A DNA stretch of 32,590 nt from an uncultured virus (IMG/VR IMGVR_UViG_3300017767_000001) (IMGVR_UViG_3300017767_000001:62001-94590); one strand, 5' to 3'. Shown: positions 17,095 through 26,630, counted from the first letter of the stretch. Translations and numbers: made by a program. Notes: generated by a model from the sequence alone, not told the origin.

Positions 17095-17326
17095 TTTCTC
17101 CATCCTTAAACACTTTATTTTGTGCTTCAATCTCTGATGCCAATAGACTTACAAATCCTGCTCGAGCTACTTCACATTGGTGTAGTTTTGCTTTAATTTG
17201 TAGCATTTGTGTATTAAGATCCTGTACCTGATCAATATAGTACTTTGAGGTCTCATTAAGTTTTTCAATCTCATGCTCTTCTCCCCCGAGAACAAGCGTC
17301 GGATTGTCTTCGTTGATAATTTTCAT
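17057..17326 (-). CDS. Small coiled-coil protein, possibly DUF6447-like (89 aa)
   Basis: RBS ggag upstream. PTLVLGGEEHEIEKLNE followed by a long amphipathic helix; the family assignment is from memory and needs an HMM check. Confidence 0.75.
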   Translation of the reverse strand: MKIINEDNPTLVLGGEEHEIEKLNETSKYYIDQVQDLNTQMLQIKAKLHQCEVARAGFVSLLASEIEAQNKVFKDGENEEGTGDEVSSD

Positions 17327-17334
17327 CTATTCTC

Positions 17335-18294
17335 CTATTTAAATATGTCTTGCCAGTTACCTGTGGTGCTAGCACGAGCATATTCGGTAGCACGATTTTC
17401 AAAAAAGTTTGTATGTTCTACTGCATTCAGCATATAGTCTAACCACGGCAAAGGATTATTCTCACTATGAAAAATCTTTTTCATGCCGAGACCCAGCAAT
17501 CTTCGATCTGCAATGTATCTAATATACTCCTTTACTTCTTCTGCTGTAAGATCAGGAACATCAGCATCTTCAAAACAAAGATCAATAAAAGCATCTTCTA
17601 ATTCTACTGTACGCTCTGCTGCACAATAAATTTGATACTTTAGATCATCATTCCAAAGTTCTGGATTTTCTGCAATGAAGGTTCGGAATAACTGAGACAT
17701 TCCTTCTACATGCAGACTCTCGTCTCGAATACTCCAAGTTACAATCTGTCCCATGCCTTTCATAAGATTGTGACGAGGAAAGTTCAATAGAATTGCAAAA
17801 CTACTAAATAGCTGCACTCCTTCCGTAAACCCGGAATAAATAGCCATAGTTTTTGCAATATTCATCGGAGTATCCATACCAAAGTTAGATAGATGTTCAT
17901 GCTTATCCATCATGGCTTTATGCTCCATGAATTTTTGGTACTCGTCGTCTCCAAACCCTAGAGTTTCTAAAAGCAAAGAATATGCTTCTTGATGTACTGC
18001 TTCCATTGCGGCAAATGCAGAAAGCATCATTCTTATTTCAGGCTGCTTAAATGTTGGTAGATAATGTGTAGCATAGCCACAGCAAACATCTACGTCTGCC
18101 TGAGTAAAGAAACGAAAGATTTGATTAATCAGTTTCTTATTTCCAGGTGTTAGTTTCTCCCGATAATCCTTTAAATCGTCAGCAAGATTGACTTCATCAG
18201 GAAGCCAATGCATGTGCTGTTGATTTTTGTAATGCTCATAAGCCCAAGGATAGTTAAAAGGCTTGTAATACTCTCTTTCTGCTAATAAATTCAT
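17335..18294 (-). CDS. nrdB: Ribonucleotide reductase class Ia beta subunit
   Basis: Di-iron and radical motifs FFTQADVDV, EAVHQEAY (radical Tyr), TEGVQLFSSF, RDESLH; C-terminal NFFENRATEY. Start is ATG18294 or GTG18300. Confidence 0.95.
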   Translation of the reverse strand: MNLLAEREYYKPFNYPWAYEHYKNQQHMHWLPDEVNLADDLKDYREKLTPGNKKLINQIFRFFTQADVDVCCGYATHYLPTFKQPEIRMMLSAFAAMEAVHQEAYSLLLETLGFGDDEYQKFMEHKAMMDKHEHLSNFGMDTPMNIAKTMAIYSGFTEGVQLFSSFAILLNFPRHNLMKGMGQIVTWSIRDESLHVEGMSQLFRTFIAENPELWNDDLKYQIYCAAERTVELEDAFIDLCFEDADVPDLTAEEVKEYIRYIADRRLLGLGMKKIFHSENNPLPWLDYMLNAVEHTNFFENRATEYARASTTGNWQDIFK

Positions 18295-18296
18295 AT

Positions 18297-20072
18297 TCAC
18301 CCTTCACACGCTACGCAAGCGTCTTCGTCCATCGACTCAAATATTCTTTGTCGTAGAACTTCATCTGATACATTTTCTGCTCTTTTATGTGCTTCACTAC
18401 GCAAGTAGTAAAGTGTTTTTACTTTTTTCTTCCATGCCATCATATGTATTGAGTGCAGCTCTTGTTTTGATACATCCGAAGGAAAGAATATATTTAGAGA
18501 CTGACTTTGACAAATTTGTTTTTGTCGGTCTGCCGCCATATCTACTACCCACCTCTGATCTATTTCTACAGCGGTTTTAAATACATATTTTGTCCATTCA
18601 TCTAAAAATTCTAGATGTTGAACAGAGCCTCCATTTGTTACAATATCTTTCCATACTTCTTCTGTATCCATTTCTATTTCTTGTAATACAGCTTGTAGAT
18701 ACTCATTTTTTTGTAAGCTAGATCCGCTTTTAGTTTTTTGAGTAAACGCATTAGCTCTATATGGCTCAATACTAGGGCTAGTATTGCCACAGATAATAGA
18801 ACTACTAGCGTTAGGAGCAATGGCAAGAAGATGTACATTACGACGACCAGTCCCGATAGCATCAGGAGCTTCGCCGCGCTCTTGAGCAAGTTTTTCGCTT
18901 GCCGCTTCTGCACAGGATTTGATGTGCCAGAACATTGCCATGTTTCTGTTTTTTGCTTGGAATGATTCGAAAGGTATACTATGTCTTTGTAAATAGGCAT
19001 GAAATCCCATTGCTCCTAAGCCAATGCTTCTTTCTCGTTCTGCACTATACTTAGCTTTTGCTAGTTCATTAGGTGCATTCTCGATAAAATAAGTGAGTAC
19101 ATTATCTAACATACGAACAAGATCAGGAATAAACTGAGGATCGTTACTCCACTCATCGTATTCTTCCAAGTTTACACTTGAGAGACAACATACTGCGGTA
19201 CGATTTTCGTCTGTAGGAAGTGTAATTTCACTACATAAATTGGACTGATTTACTTTTAATCCAAGATCTTTTTGGCACTCTGGAAGTGCCTCCTGCACTG
19301 TATCGCCAAACATAATGTAAGGCTCTCCGGTCTCCACTCGATTCTGAATAAGTTTTACCCAAAGAGTCTTAGCTGATACTACTTTTGTTGTAATACCGCT
19401 ATTTGGATCAATCAAGGGCCAACTATCATCAAATCCTTCTTCTTTTGTAGCCCCTTCTATAAGCTGCATGAAATCGTCAGGAATAATAACACCATGGTGC
19501 AAGTTAGTAGACTTACGATTAATATCACCTCCAGTCGGCTTTCGCATATCCAAGTATTCTTCAATTTCTGGATGAGACATTGGTAAGTACGAAGCATAGC
19601 TCCCTCTCCTAGTTACGCCTTGCGAGAATGCAAGCATCTCTGCATCTACGACTTTAAGAAATGGTATAACGCCTGTAGACTCAGATCCATTACTGGTTTT
19701 CGAACCCACTGAACGTATATCACCCCAATAACCACCAATGCCGCCACCGACTGAACTGAGAAACGCATTCTCTGTATAGTGGTCGGTGATACCAGTTCTA
19801 CTATCATCCACGTAATTAAGAAAGCAAGAGATAGGAAGGCCCCGCTTAGTGCCTCCATTGCTAAGGATGGGAGTAGAGAACATGAACCAGAGTTTACTAG
19901 CGTAATCATACAATCGCTGGGCATGTTCTTCATCATCTGCAAATGCCTCCGCTGCTCGTGCAAATGCCTGTTGAGGAGACCCTTCTCCATCAACTAAGTA
20001 TCTATCTTGTAGTGTTCTTATACTAAATTGCGAGAGATAACGATCTCTACGAAAATCAATTTCTATATTCAT
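18297..20072 (-). CDS. nrdA: Ribonucleotide reductase class Ia alpha subunit, short form without ATP-cone (591 aa)
   Basis: STPILSNGG, PISCFL, SNLCSEI (thiyl Cys), AIAPNASSS, KTLYY and C-terminal CVACEG. Confidence 0.95.
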   Translation of the reverse strand: MNIEIDFRRDRYLSQFSIRTLQDRYLVDGEGSPQQAFARAAEAFADDEEHAQRLYDYASKLWFMFSTPILSNGGTKRGLPISCFLNYVDDSRTGITDHYTENAFLSSVGGGIGGYWGDIRSVGSKTSNGSESTGVIPFLKVVDAEMLAFSQGVTRRGSYASYLPMSHPEIEEYLDMRKPTGGDINRKSTNLHHGVIIPDDFMQLIEGATKEEGFDDSWPLIDPNSGITTKVVSAKTLWVKLIQNRVETGEPYIMFGDTVQEALPECQKDLGLKVNQSNLCSEITLPTDENRTAVCCLSSVNLEEYDEWSNDPQFIPDLVRMLDNVLTYFIENAPNELAKAKYSAERERSIGLGAMGFHAYLQRHSIPFESFQAKNRNMAMFWHIKSCAEAASEKLAQERGEAPDAIGTGRRNVHLLAIAPNASSSIICGNTSPSIEPYRANAFTQKTKSGSSLQKNEYLQAVLQEIEMDTEEVWKDIVTNGGSVQHLEFLDEWTKYVFKTAVEIDQRWVVDMAADRQKQICQSQSLNIFFPSDVSKQELHSIHMMAWKKKVKTLYYLRSEAHKRAENVSDEVLRQRIFESMDEDACVACEG

Positions 20073-20895
20073 TTATTTTACTCTCAATATCTACTATATT
20101 AGCCTTACCTATTGCATCATCGCAAAAAGTTATTAAATCCATAAGTTCATAGTTCGCTAAGATTTGATCCGCATTTTCATTAAGAGTTTGTATATACTTA
20201 TACTTACTATTAATAGGTATTGCTTCATAAATACTAAAAGCATTTCCATATTGCTCTATAAGTTGCTGAGCTCGTTTCGGTCCTATGCCAGGAATTCCTG
20301 GAACATTATCCCCTTTATCTCCTGTTAAACATTTTAAAGAAATATATTCTTCTGGTTTTACGTCATAGTGTTGTGACCAGTTTTCTAGCGTGACTTCCTT
20401 CCTCGTCACATAAGAAAATCTACTTACAGTATCTTGAATAAGTAAGTCCCAGTCTCGGTCACTTGATACTAGCCATATATTCTCTAAATCATAAACATTT
20501 TTATGCTTTACTAGATGTGCAGCAACATCATCTGCTTCTACTCCTTTGTATCGAAGTAGTATATAATCTTCTGCAAGCACTTCAAGTGTTGCTTCAAACT
20601 CCTCAAAGAACTCTTCAAACGCAATTCTTTCTTCTTCACTTTGTTCTGCAAACTTTTCTTTTCTATTCTGTTTGTAGTCAGGGTACAGTTCTTTTCTGTA
20701 TGAAGAAGATCCCCAGTCTGCTGCTATAATTATTTCACTGCACCCATAAGAGGACGCAAGAGATTGTACTGTTTTTTGATAGTCATATCTAAAGTCTGTT
20801 CTTCCTTGATGTTTCCATCGAAATGCAAGATTTAGTGCATCTACTATCAGTGTTGTTTTTGTATCTGATATTCTATCCTCAAAACTAAATGCCAT
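20056..20895 (-). CDS. D15: 5'-3' exonuclease/flap endonuclease (T5 D15-like)
   Basis: IVDALNLAFRW, YKQNR, GVEADD, SSDRDWD and GDKGDNVPGIPGIGPKRA (H3TH); T5 synteny. Confidence 0.92.
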   Translation of the reverse strand: MAFSFEDRISDTKTTLIVDALNLAFRWKHQGRTDFRYDYQKTVQSLASSYGCSEIIIAADWGSSSYRKELYPDYKQNRKEKFAEQSEEERIAFEEFFEEFEATLEVLAEDYILLRYKGVEADDVAAHLVKHKNVYDLENIWLVSSDRDWDLLIQDTVSRFSYVTRKEVTLENWSQHYDVKPEEYISLKCLTGDKGDNVPGIPGIGPKRAQQLIEQYGNAFSIYEAIPINSKYKYIQTLNENADQILANYELMDLITFCDDAIGKANIVDIESKINEYRN

Positions 20896-21331
20896 TTAAA
20901 AACTCCGGTTGTTCTTTTTCTAGCCATTCGTTAGCAAGTAATACAAAGCACTGCAAAAAGCATATGAACATATACTCTTTTGTTTTTTCAGGAGGCGTAT
21001 CTGTAACTACAAATATAGGAGAGCGATTATATTTAAAAAACAAGAGAGGCTCCTGGTTACCGCCTGCGGCTTGTTTTAACAACTTAACCCACCACCGAAT
21101 AAGATTATTTGTTCTAGGCGCAGTAAAAATTTTATCAGTAAGAGGAGACTCAGAATAGTTTTTTACTTCTATACAATACTTATTTTTTTCATGCGGAACA
21201 TACAAATCTCCCTTCAAATACTCAAGAGCCCCGGAACTCGGGACTCTTTCAAACTGAAGGCCGGTATGTTCTCTTAATAAATCTCTTACTAGATACTCTC
21301 CTCGAGCGCCCTTTGCTCTGCTGTCTACCAC
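20885..21331 (-). CDS. D14: PD-(D/E)xK nuclease, putative Holliday junction resolvase (T5 D14-like)
   Basis: GTG start. SRAKGARGE, RVPSSGA, KGDL and IEVKNY; lies between D13 and D15. Confidence 0.85.
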   Translation of the reverse strand: MVDSRAKGARGEYLVRDLLREHTGLQFERVPSSGALEYLKGDLYVPHEKNKYCIEVKNYSESPLTDKIFTAPRTNNLIRWWVKLLKQAAGGNQEPLLFFKYNRSPIFVVTDTPPEKTKEYMFICFLQCFVLLANEWLEKEQPEFLNGI

Positions 21332-21561
21332 AAGCTCCTCTCTATCTGTCGAAGTACATCTAATTTTTCTTTATACTCTGCGAGCTTTTCTAGCTCTGTC
21401 TCAATAGCTCCAAGAATATCTGGATGTTCTCCGATACCAACAGGATTTAAAAAGTAAACTTTAACATTTGTTTCGTGGTATTTACACTTACCAAGCAAAT
21501 ACTCCTTCATATTTTCTATCATAAGATGCCCCGTAGTAAGTGTCATTTCTTCATTTGTCAT
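21325..21561 (-). CDS. Hypothetical protein with NPVGIGEHPDI motif (78 aa)
   Basis: ATGA overlap with the D13 stop and a short overlap with the D14 start; helical-hairpin-like sequence. Confidence 0.75.
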   Translation of the reverse strand: MTNEEMTLTTGHLMIENMKEYLLGKCKYHETNVKVYFLNPVGIGEHPDILGAIETELEKLAEYKEKLDVLRQIERSLW

Positions 21562-23351
21562 TCTAACCTCGATATATTTCCTGATTTAACAACTTCTACT
21601 TTTTCAAGTAGAGGATGTGTCCATCCGTGACTAACAACATAAGTATTTAGATCTTCTTCTAATAATACTTCCACTAATTTTTCTCGCCCTGCATCGTCCA
21701 AAACTGCGATAACTTCATCTAAGAATAATATATTTATCTTAGACTTTGATATACTACTCATTAGTTTGCGAATAGCAATAAGAGTAGCCGTATTTACCCT
21801 AGCAAGCTCGCCACTAGATAAAGCCAAGATATCGACAATATTCCCATTGTCAGTAATTTGAACGTTAAGCTTATCGTTTGAAACAACGAACTCCAATGTG
21901 AATCTTCCATCTGATAGTTCCGCCAAATAATGATTTGTAAGTTCTTCTAGATCTTTTACAAGATTTTCGATTTTATATGCAATCAATCCATTTGTACTAA
22001 ATGCTTTCTTTAGAACTTCTAAATTATTTGCAGTTTCTTTGTAGCTTTCAAACTGTGCCTGTTGCTCCTCAAGCTGGGCTAAAAAGTTGTCTGTCTGTTC
22101 TTGGATTACTTGAATTCTTGTGTTATGTCTTGTGATCTTTTCGTTACCTCTTGTGATCTTTTCCAAAGACTCTTGTGCTTGAACCAAGTCAGCTCGTATT
22201 CTTCCCAAGCGGCTTTCAAGCTCTCCTTTGTCCAAGAGGGCCACTGGTAAAGTTCGGTCAATACTTCGATAAATTTCTTGCCATTCTCTTTCAATTTTTC
22301 TGGCATTGTCATACTCGGCATTGTCTCGCTTAATTTCTGATATTCTTCCTTCAATTTCATATTCTTCCCTTCTATTTTCTGCAATCTTTTTTGTTTCTGT
22401 ATCTATTAGCGACTGTTTGAACTCGGGATCTACTCCTTGCTCACAAGTAGGGCAATGATCTCCTAGTTTCTCTAGCTTTGCCAGTAGTTTCTTTGACCCC
22501 GCTACGACCCCGCGAAGATTTCCTAAGTCCGATTGCAATCTATCATACGATTGTTTTTCTGCTACAGTACAAGATTGTGCTTTTTGTAGATCAATCTCAC
22601 CCAGCATTTCTTTATATGTATTGTTCTGATTAATTTTTTTATTTTTTTCAGAAATATTTTTAATTTCTAATGAGAGTTCAGCGTATTCCTTTTCGTCTTT
22701 TGATGTGTCGATTGAAATTTCTTCCAGTGGCAGTATGGTTGTATCGGTCAATTTATTATCTTGCAACCATTTTTCTATCGTTGCTATCTTTGATTCTACG
22801 CTTGCAAGATTAACAGTCTGCTTCCTAGACTCTTCTTTGAACAACTCAAATAACCTAACATAGTGCTCTAAATGTAGTAAATCAATTAAGAATTTTTTTC
22901 TATTCGTATCGGTCGCTGTGAGAAATTGTAAGCTGCTGCTAGTGTTTTGATATACCAATTGGGTGAATGTTTTGAAATCAATACCGATAATATCTTGCAG
23001 TGTCTTATAGGTATTGGTTGCGGTATGTGAGGATATATCCTCGCCATTTTCGAGGAGTCGAAGTTTAATACTGGACTTTCGGTCGATGAGAACCTCATAT
23101 TGTTTAGTATCCTTAGTAAAGGTTAAGTGTATACTATAACCTTGATTAACATATCGATTTGGTATGTCTGCTTTTTTGATGCCTTTGGAGTTCTTATTGT
23201 AAAGGGCTTCCTCTATAATTAACGGGATGGAGGACTTCCCCATCCCGTTAGTACCAACAAGTTGAGTAACAGTATTACTGCTTAAATCTAACTCATTGTT
23301 TTCTCCATAACTAAAGCAGTTACTCCATCGTAATTTTTGCAGAGTAATCAT
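21558..23351 (-). CDS. D13: SbcC/Rad50-like recombination ATPase (T5 D13-like)
   Basis: Walker A GTNGMGKS, coiled coils with a CPTC zinc hook, signature LSSGE, Walker B LFLDE, H-loop VVSH. Probable start ATG23351 (MITLQKL). Confidence 0.92.
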   Translation of the reverse strand: MITLQKLRWSNCFSYGENNELDLSSNTVTQLVGTNGMGKSSIPLIIEEALYNKNSKGIKKADIPNRYVNQGYSIHLTFTKDTKQYEVLIDRKSSIKLRLLENGEDISSHTATNTYKTLQDIIGIDFKTFTQLVYQNTSSSLQFLTATDTNRKKFLIDLLHLEHYVRLFELFKEESRKQTVNLASVESKIATIEKWLQDNKLTDTTILPLEEISIDTSKDEKEYAELSLEIKNISEKNKKINQNNTYKEMLGEIDLQKAQSCTVAEKQSYDRLQSDLGNLRGVVAGSKKLLAKLEKLGDHCPTCEQGVDPEFKQSLIDTETKKIAENRREEYEIEGRISEIKRDNAEYDNARKIEREWQEIYRSIDRTLPVALLDKGELESRLGRIRADLVQAQESLEKITRGNEKITRHNTRIQVIQEQTDNFLAQLEEQQAQFESYKETANNLEVLKKAFSTNGLIAYKIENLVKDLEELTNHYLAELSDGRFTLEFVVSNDKLNVQITDNGNIVDILALSSGELARVNTATLIAIRKLMSSISKSKINILFLDEVIAVLDDAGREKLVEVLLEEDLNTYVVSHGWTHPLLEKVEVVKSGNISRLE

Positions 23352-24279
23352 TAAATACACCTATTATGTTTGGTATTTGCGCTTCTGAGATTTCTAGTAT
23401 ATATGTTAAATATTCAACTAACTCTTCTTCAAGAGTCATTTCATTATCTATAATTAAAGTTGCTTCTGTATTTCTCTTTACTACTTTTTTGTCTAAGAGA
23501 TCATTATTTTTTACATTGGCAAGCTCTTGCATATCTCCTTCAATCTCATAAATCGTATGGTGATAGTTGGTAGGAACCATTTCACTTGGATCTGATACAG
23601 TTTTTCGTATCAATTGCGGAAGATCAAAAGGCTCCCATATCCAAGACCAATCGTTTGGATTTATAAGCAAATATCCTGTTTTAACTTCTGTTCTATGAAA
23701 AGAAGTTGTCATAGGAGACCCGGGGTACACAATATTTCTTTGAGTATTACTATGTGCATGTAGATCTCCTGCAAATACTATGGGAAAATCCTCGAACCTG
23801 TCTAAGTCCACCTCTGGCTTGACGTGTGGAGGTATTTCTCCTCGTACATGAGTAAAGAGTGGTGCTGTTGATATAAATTTTTCAATGCTTCCTTCTCTGT
23901 GGAGATCGGCGTAAGGAAGAATACTAAAACCAAGATCGGAATCATAATATGAAATATCCGCTATTTTTACAAGAGGGTTTATATCTCTAGTTACTTGTTT
24001 AAGTTGAGTAAAGAAGGTTTTATTTTTCTTTGTAGCTTCATGATTACCGTCATAGATAAGAGTTGGAATCCCTACTTCCCGAATAAACGAGAAGTAGAGT
24101 TCCAGTTCCTCCATGTTAGGCAGACGGTCAAAAAGATCACCACCAATAATATGCATTTCGCATTGCTTTTCGAGACTATGTATTTGCTCGAAGAATAATC
24201 CGTAGCGGTTAAGTGCCCACTCTTTGGGCACATTCTTCTGACCTAGCTTTATGTGCCAGTCTGCCGTAAATAAAATCAT
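23320..24279 (-). CDS. D12: SbcD/Mre11-like metallophosphoesterase nuclease (T5 D12-like)
   Basis: ADWH, GGDLFD, GNHE and GDLH motifs plus YPGSP; adjacent to the Rad50-like gene. Confidence 0.92.
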   Translation of the reverse strand: MILFTADWHIKLGQKNVPKEWALNRYGLFFEQIHSLEKQCEMHIIGGDLFDRLPNMEELELYFSFIREVGIPTLIYDGNHEATKKNKTFFTQLKQVTRDINPLVKIADISYYDSDLGFSILPYADLHREGSIEKFISTAPLFTHVRGEIPPHVKPEVDLDRFEDFPIVFAGDLHAHSNTQRNIVYPGSPMTTSFHRTEVKTGYLLINPNDWSWIWEPFDLPQLIRKTVSDPSEMVPTNYHHTIYEIEGDMQELANVKNNDLLDKKVVKRNTEATLIIDNEMTLEEELVEYLTYILEISEAQIPNIIGVFNDYSAKITME

Positions 24280-24899
24280 GTCAAGTCAAACTCTTCACCT
24301 AGTTCTTCGTCAACATCTGCTGCCTCTTCTCGAATCTCATCGAGCAACTTCTTTTGTGCATCCGGCGTAGGACGAGGCATAACATCATCCATTGACTTTA
24401 GCTCAGAGATAGCTGTCATCTCATCTTCACCAAGAGCTCGCTGCTTGCACTTCAAGACTTGGAGTTGATACTCTACATTGTAGGGCAGAGGTCCAGTCTT
24501 TACTCGCTTGAACTTAACATCCCATCCGCTTTCGGGATCTGTAGGATCGCCCAAGTCTTCTGCTGCTGTAAGAATAGCTTCAAAGAGCTTCTTCTTGAGA
24601 TTGATAATCTTGACTTCTCCTTGGTCAAGACACTGCATAGCATAGCTCCAGCCACACTTTAGATCAGGATAGTACTCACGTACCCAATCCTTTTCCATGT
24701 TGTTGAATCGCTCTTCGTTGCGATCAAAAGAAAGACACTCAAAAGGAATGTTCTTTCCGTTCTTACCTTCTAGCCAGTAGACATACCGTGCGAGTACGTC
24801 GCCTACGAGACGAACTTCATTGTCCCCGTCACGATATGAATAAGATGTAATGCTAGACTTCTTTGCGCCGCCTGCGGCTTTGTTAAATGATAGTGCCAT
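24276..24899 (-). CDS. D11: Putative single-stranded DNA-binding protein (T5 D11-like)
   Basis: VLARYVYW, GDPTDPESGWDVKFKRVKTGPLPYNVEYQLQ, acidic C-terminal tail; T5 synteny. Confidence 0.85.
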   Translation of the reverse strand: MALSFNKAAGGAKKSSITSYSYRDGDNEVRLVGDVLARYVYWLEGKNGKNIPFECLSFDRNEERFNNMEKDWVREYYPDLKCGWSYAMQCLDQGEVKIINLKKKLFEAILTAAEDLGDPTDPESGWDVKFKRVKTGPLPYNVEYQLQVLKCKQRALGEDEMTAISELKSMDDVMPRPTPDAQKKLLDEIREEAADVDEELGEEFDLT

Positions 24900-25300
24900 T
24901 AGTGTAATTTCTCCTTTGGGACTTCTTCATATATAAAGTGAATTGTATCATCTTCTATACGAAGTAGACTGTTATCTTTGAAAAGTTCGTAATCTAGATC
25001 CACAAGATATGTATCCAGATCTATTTTCCCAGTTGCTGAATAGTCCGAAATTGGACGTAAAGAGCACAACGCGATATACTGGGCTATCTCGCGGTACTCG
25101 TGTTTATATGCATTGAATAAAAGAATGTCCGGGTGAAGCATAAAAGACTCCCCGTCAAAAGATTTCTTACTTAACTCGAAGATAGGGTCGTACTTGTTTT
25201 CAGGCACTAATTTTGCAGTAATCATTTTAAAGATAATAAATATAGTAAAAGTATTGCCATCGGCTACTTCGAAGATTTTATTCCAATCATATAACAACAT
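24899..25300 (-). CDS. Hypothetical protein between D10 and D11
   Basis: The ORF ends in a TAATG overlap with D11. The first ATG clear of the D10 gene is at 25300 (MLLYDWNKIF); the start is uncertain. Confidence 0.7.
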   Translation of the reverse strand: MLLYDWNKIFEVADGNTFTIFIIFKMITAKLVPENKYDPIFELSKKSFDGESFMLHPDILLFNAYKHEYREIAQYIALCSLRPISDYSATGKIDLDTYLVDLDYELFKDNSLLRIEDDTIHFIYEEVPKEKLH

Positions 25301-25329
25301 ATTATACACACATTTGAAGTAAATGTCAA
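25301..25329 (-). promoter_or_regulatory. Consensus sigma70-type early promoter
   Basis: - strand TTGACA-tttacttcaaatgtgtg (17 nt)-TATAAT, with an A-tract (aaaaaatagttc) upstream. Confidence 0.85.
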
Positions 25330-26630
25330 GAACTATTTTTTGTGGCTCCAAGCTCTTTAATAGAATACCCTTGTTTCATATAGTATCCCATACGATTAGA
25401 AGCTTGACGAGTTGCAGTTTTTCCTTTAAGATGAATATCAACAATTACAGGGTCTCGTTTTCCCTCTTGCTCTCGTATAACTCTTCCGATGAGCTGGGTG
25501 AGGAGGGGTTCGTTGTTGATAGGGGTACCGAGTATAAGGACAGAGAGGGAATTGACTGAAATCCCCTCACTAAAGATCGCTTGAGTACCAAAAAGTATTT
25601 CTTTATTTCCATAATTTATCTCATCAATGAGGCTTTCGCGCTCTTCGTGGGGCACTTCCCCTGTTACACAAATTGCTTTTTCTCCTACTAAGTGTGCACA
25701 AGTCTTAAGAAAGTGCACGCGATCTGATACTACAAGTACCTTATGCCCTCGTGCTGCATAGTAGGATGCAAGTAACGAGACACTATGAACATATTCCTCA
25801 TTGTTTGCCAGGTTGTTTACCCGATTTGCCCATGGAATATTTGCACCATCCATAAAGCGTACTTCCGAGCGATAAATATCAATGCTCGGAGTCATAAAAT
25901 TTTCTTTCGGAGGTTGAAACAGTTTGCTACCAAAGTAGTCACGAAAGACTACATGCTTTCCATCTTTTCGCTCGATTGTGCCACTCAGTCCGATTTTGTA
26001 CCGTGCGTGACTACTGTCAATAATTTTTGAAAACGTTGGCGAAGATACGTGATGCATTTCGTCCAAGATAATTGTTCCAAAAAGTTTTCGAATTCGATCG
26101 ATGTTTCTGTAGAGTGTTTGGGTATTACCAACCACAATACAAGGATCGGTATTCCAACTACCACTACCAATAATCCCTGGAGTAATTCCATATACTTTTT
26201 CTACCTCCTTTGCCCATTGATTTCTCAAGGGAACAGTGTGTGTAATTACTAATGTTTTTTGTCCTAGCTTTCCTGCGATTGCAAGACCTGTAAATGTTTT
26301 TCCCCAACTTACCCACGCATTGATGATACTGCTATCGTCGAGTTCGTCATAGACGGCTTGTTGAGATTCGCGGAGTACAAACTGAAACTCAGGAAAATCA
26401 ACAGGAACCATAACCCTCTTGTCCACCATTTCATACGCATTTGGTATTAGATCTCCTCGTCCGATTGGTATTGATACCAGATTTTCGCGCACCCGCTGCA
26501 GATTCTTAATAATGATCGGAGGATCATTAGGATTCTGAGGTGCTATTTTGTACGTTAATTCCTTGGATAACTTCTCACGAAGTTCCAAGTTTGCGTCCAT
26601 GTAAATACGATTACTAAGTACTGCTTTCAT
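25326..26630 (-). CDS. D10: Superfamily 2 DEAD/DEAH-like helicase (T5 D10-like)
   Basis: LRESQ, WGKT, ILDEMHH, GLSGT, FSEGIS and QLIGRVIR. Confidence 0.9.
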   Translation of the reverse strand: MKAVLSNRIYMDANLELREKLSKELTYKIAPQNPNDPPIIIKNLQRVRENLVSIPIGRGDLIPNAYEMVDKRVMVPVDFPEFQFVLRESQQAVYDELDDSSIINAWVSWGKTFTGLAIAGKLGQKTLVITHTVPLRNQWAKEVEKVYGITPGIIGSGSWNTDPCIVVGNTQTLYRNIDRIRKLFGTIILDEMHHVSSPTFSKIIDSSHARYKIGLSGTIERKDGKHVVFRDYFGSKLFQPPKENFMTPSIDIYRSEVRFMDGANIPWANRVNNLANNEEYVHSVSLLASYYAARGHKVLVVSDRVHFLKTCAHLVGEKAICVTGEVPHEERESLIDEINYGNKEILFGTQAIFSEGISVNSLSVLILGTPINNEPLLTQLIGRVIREQEGKRDPVIVDIHLKGKTATRQASNRMGYYMKQGYSIKELGATKNSS

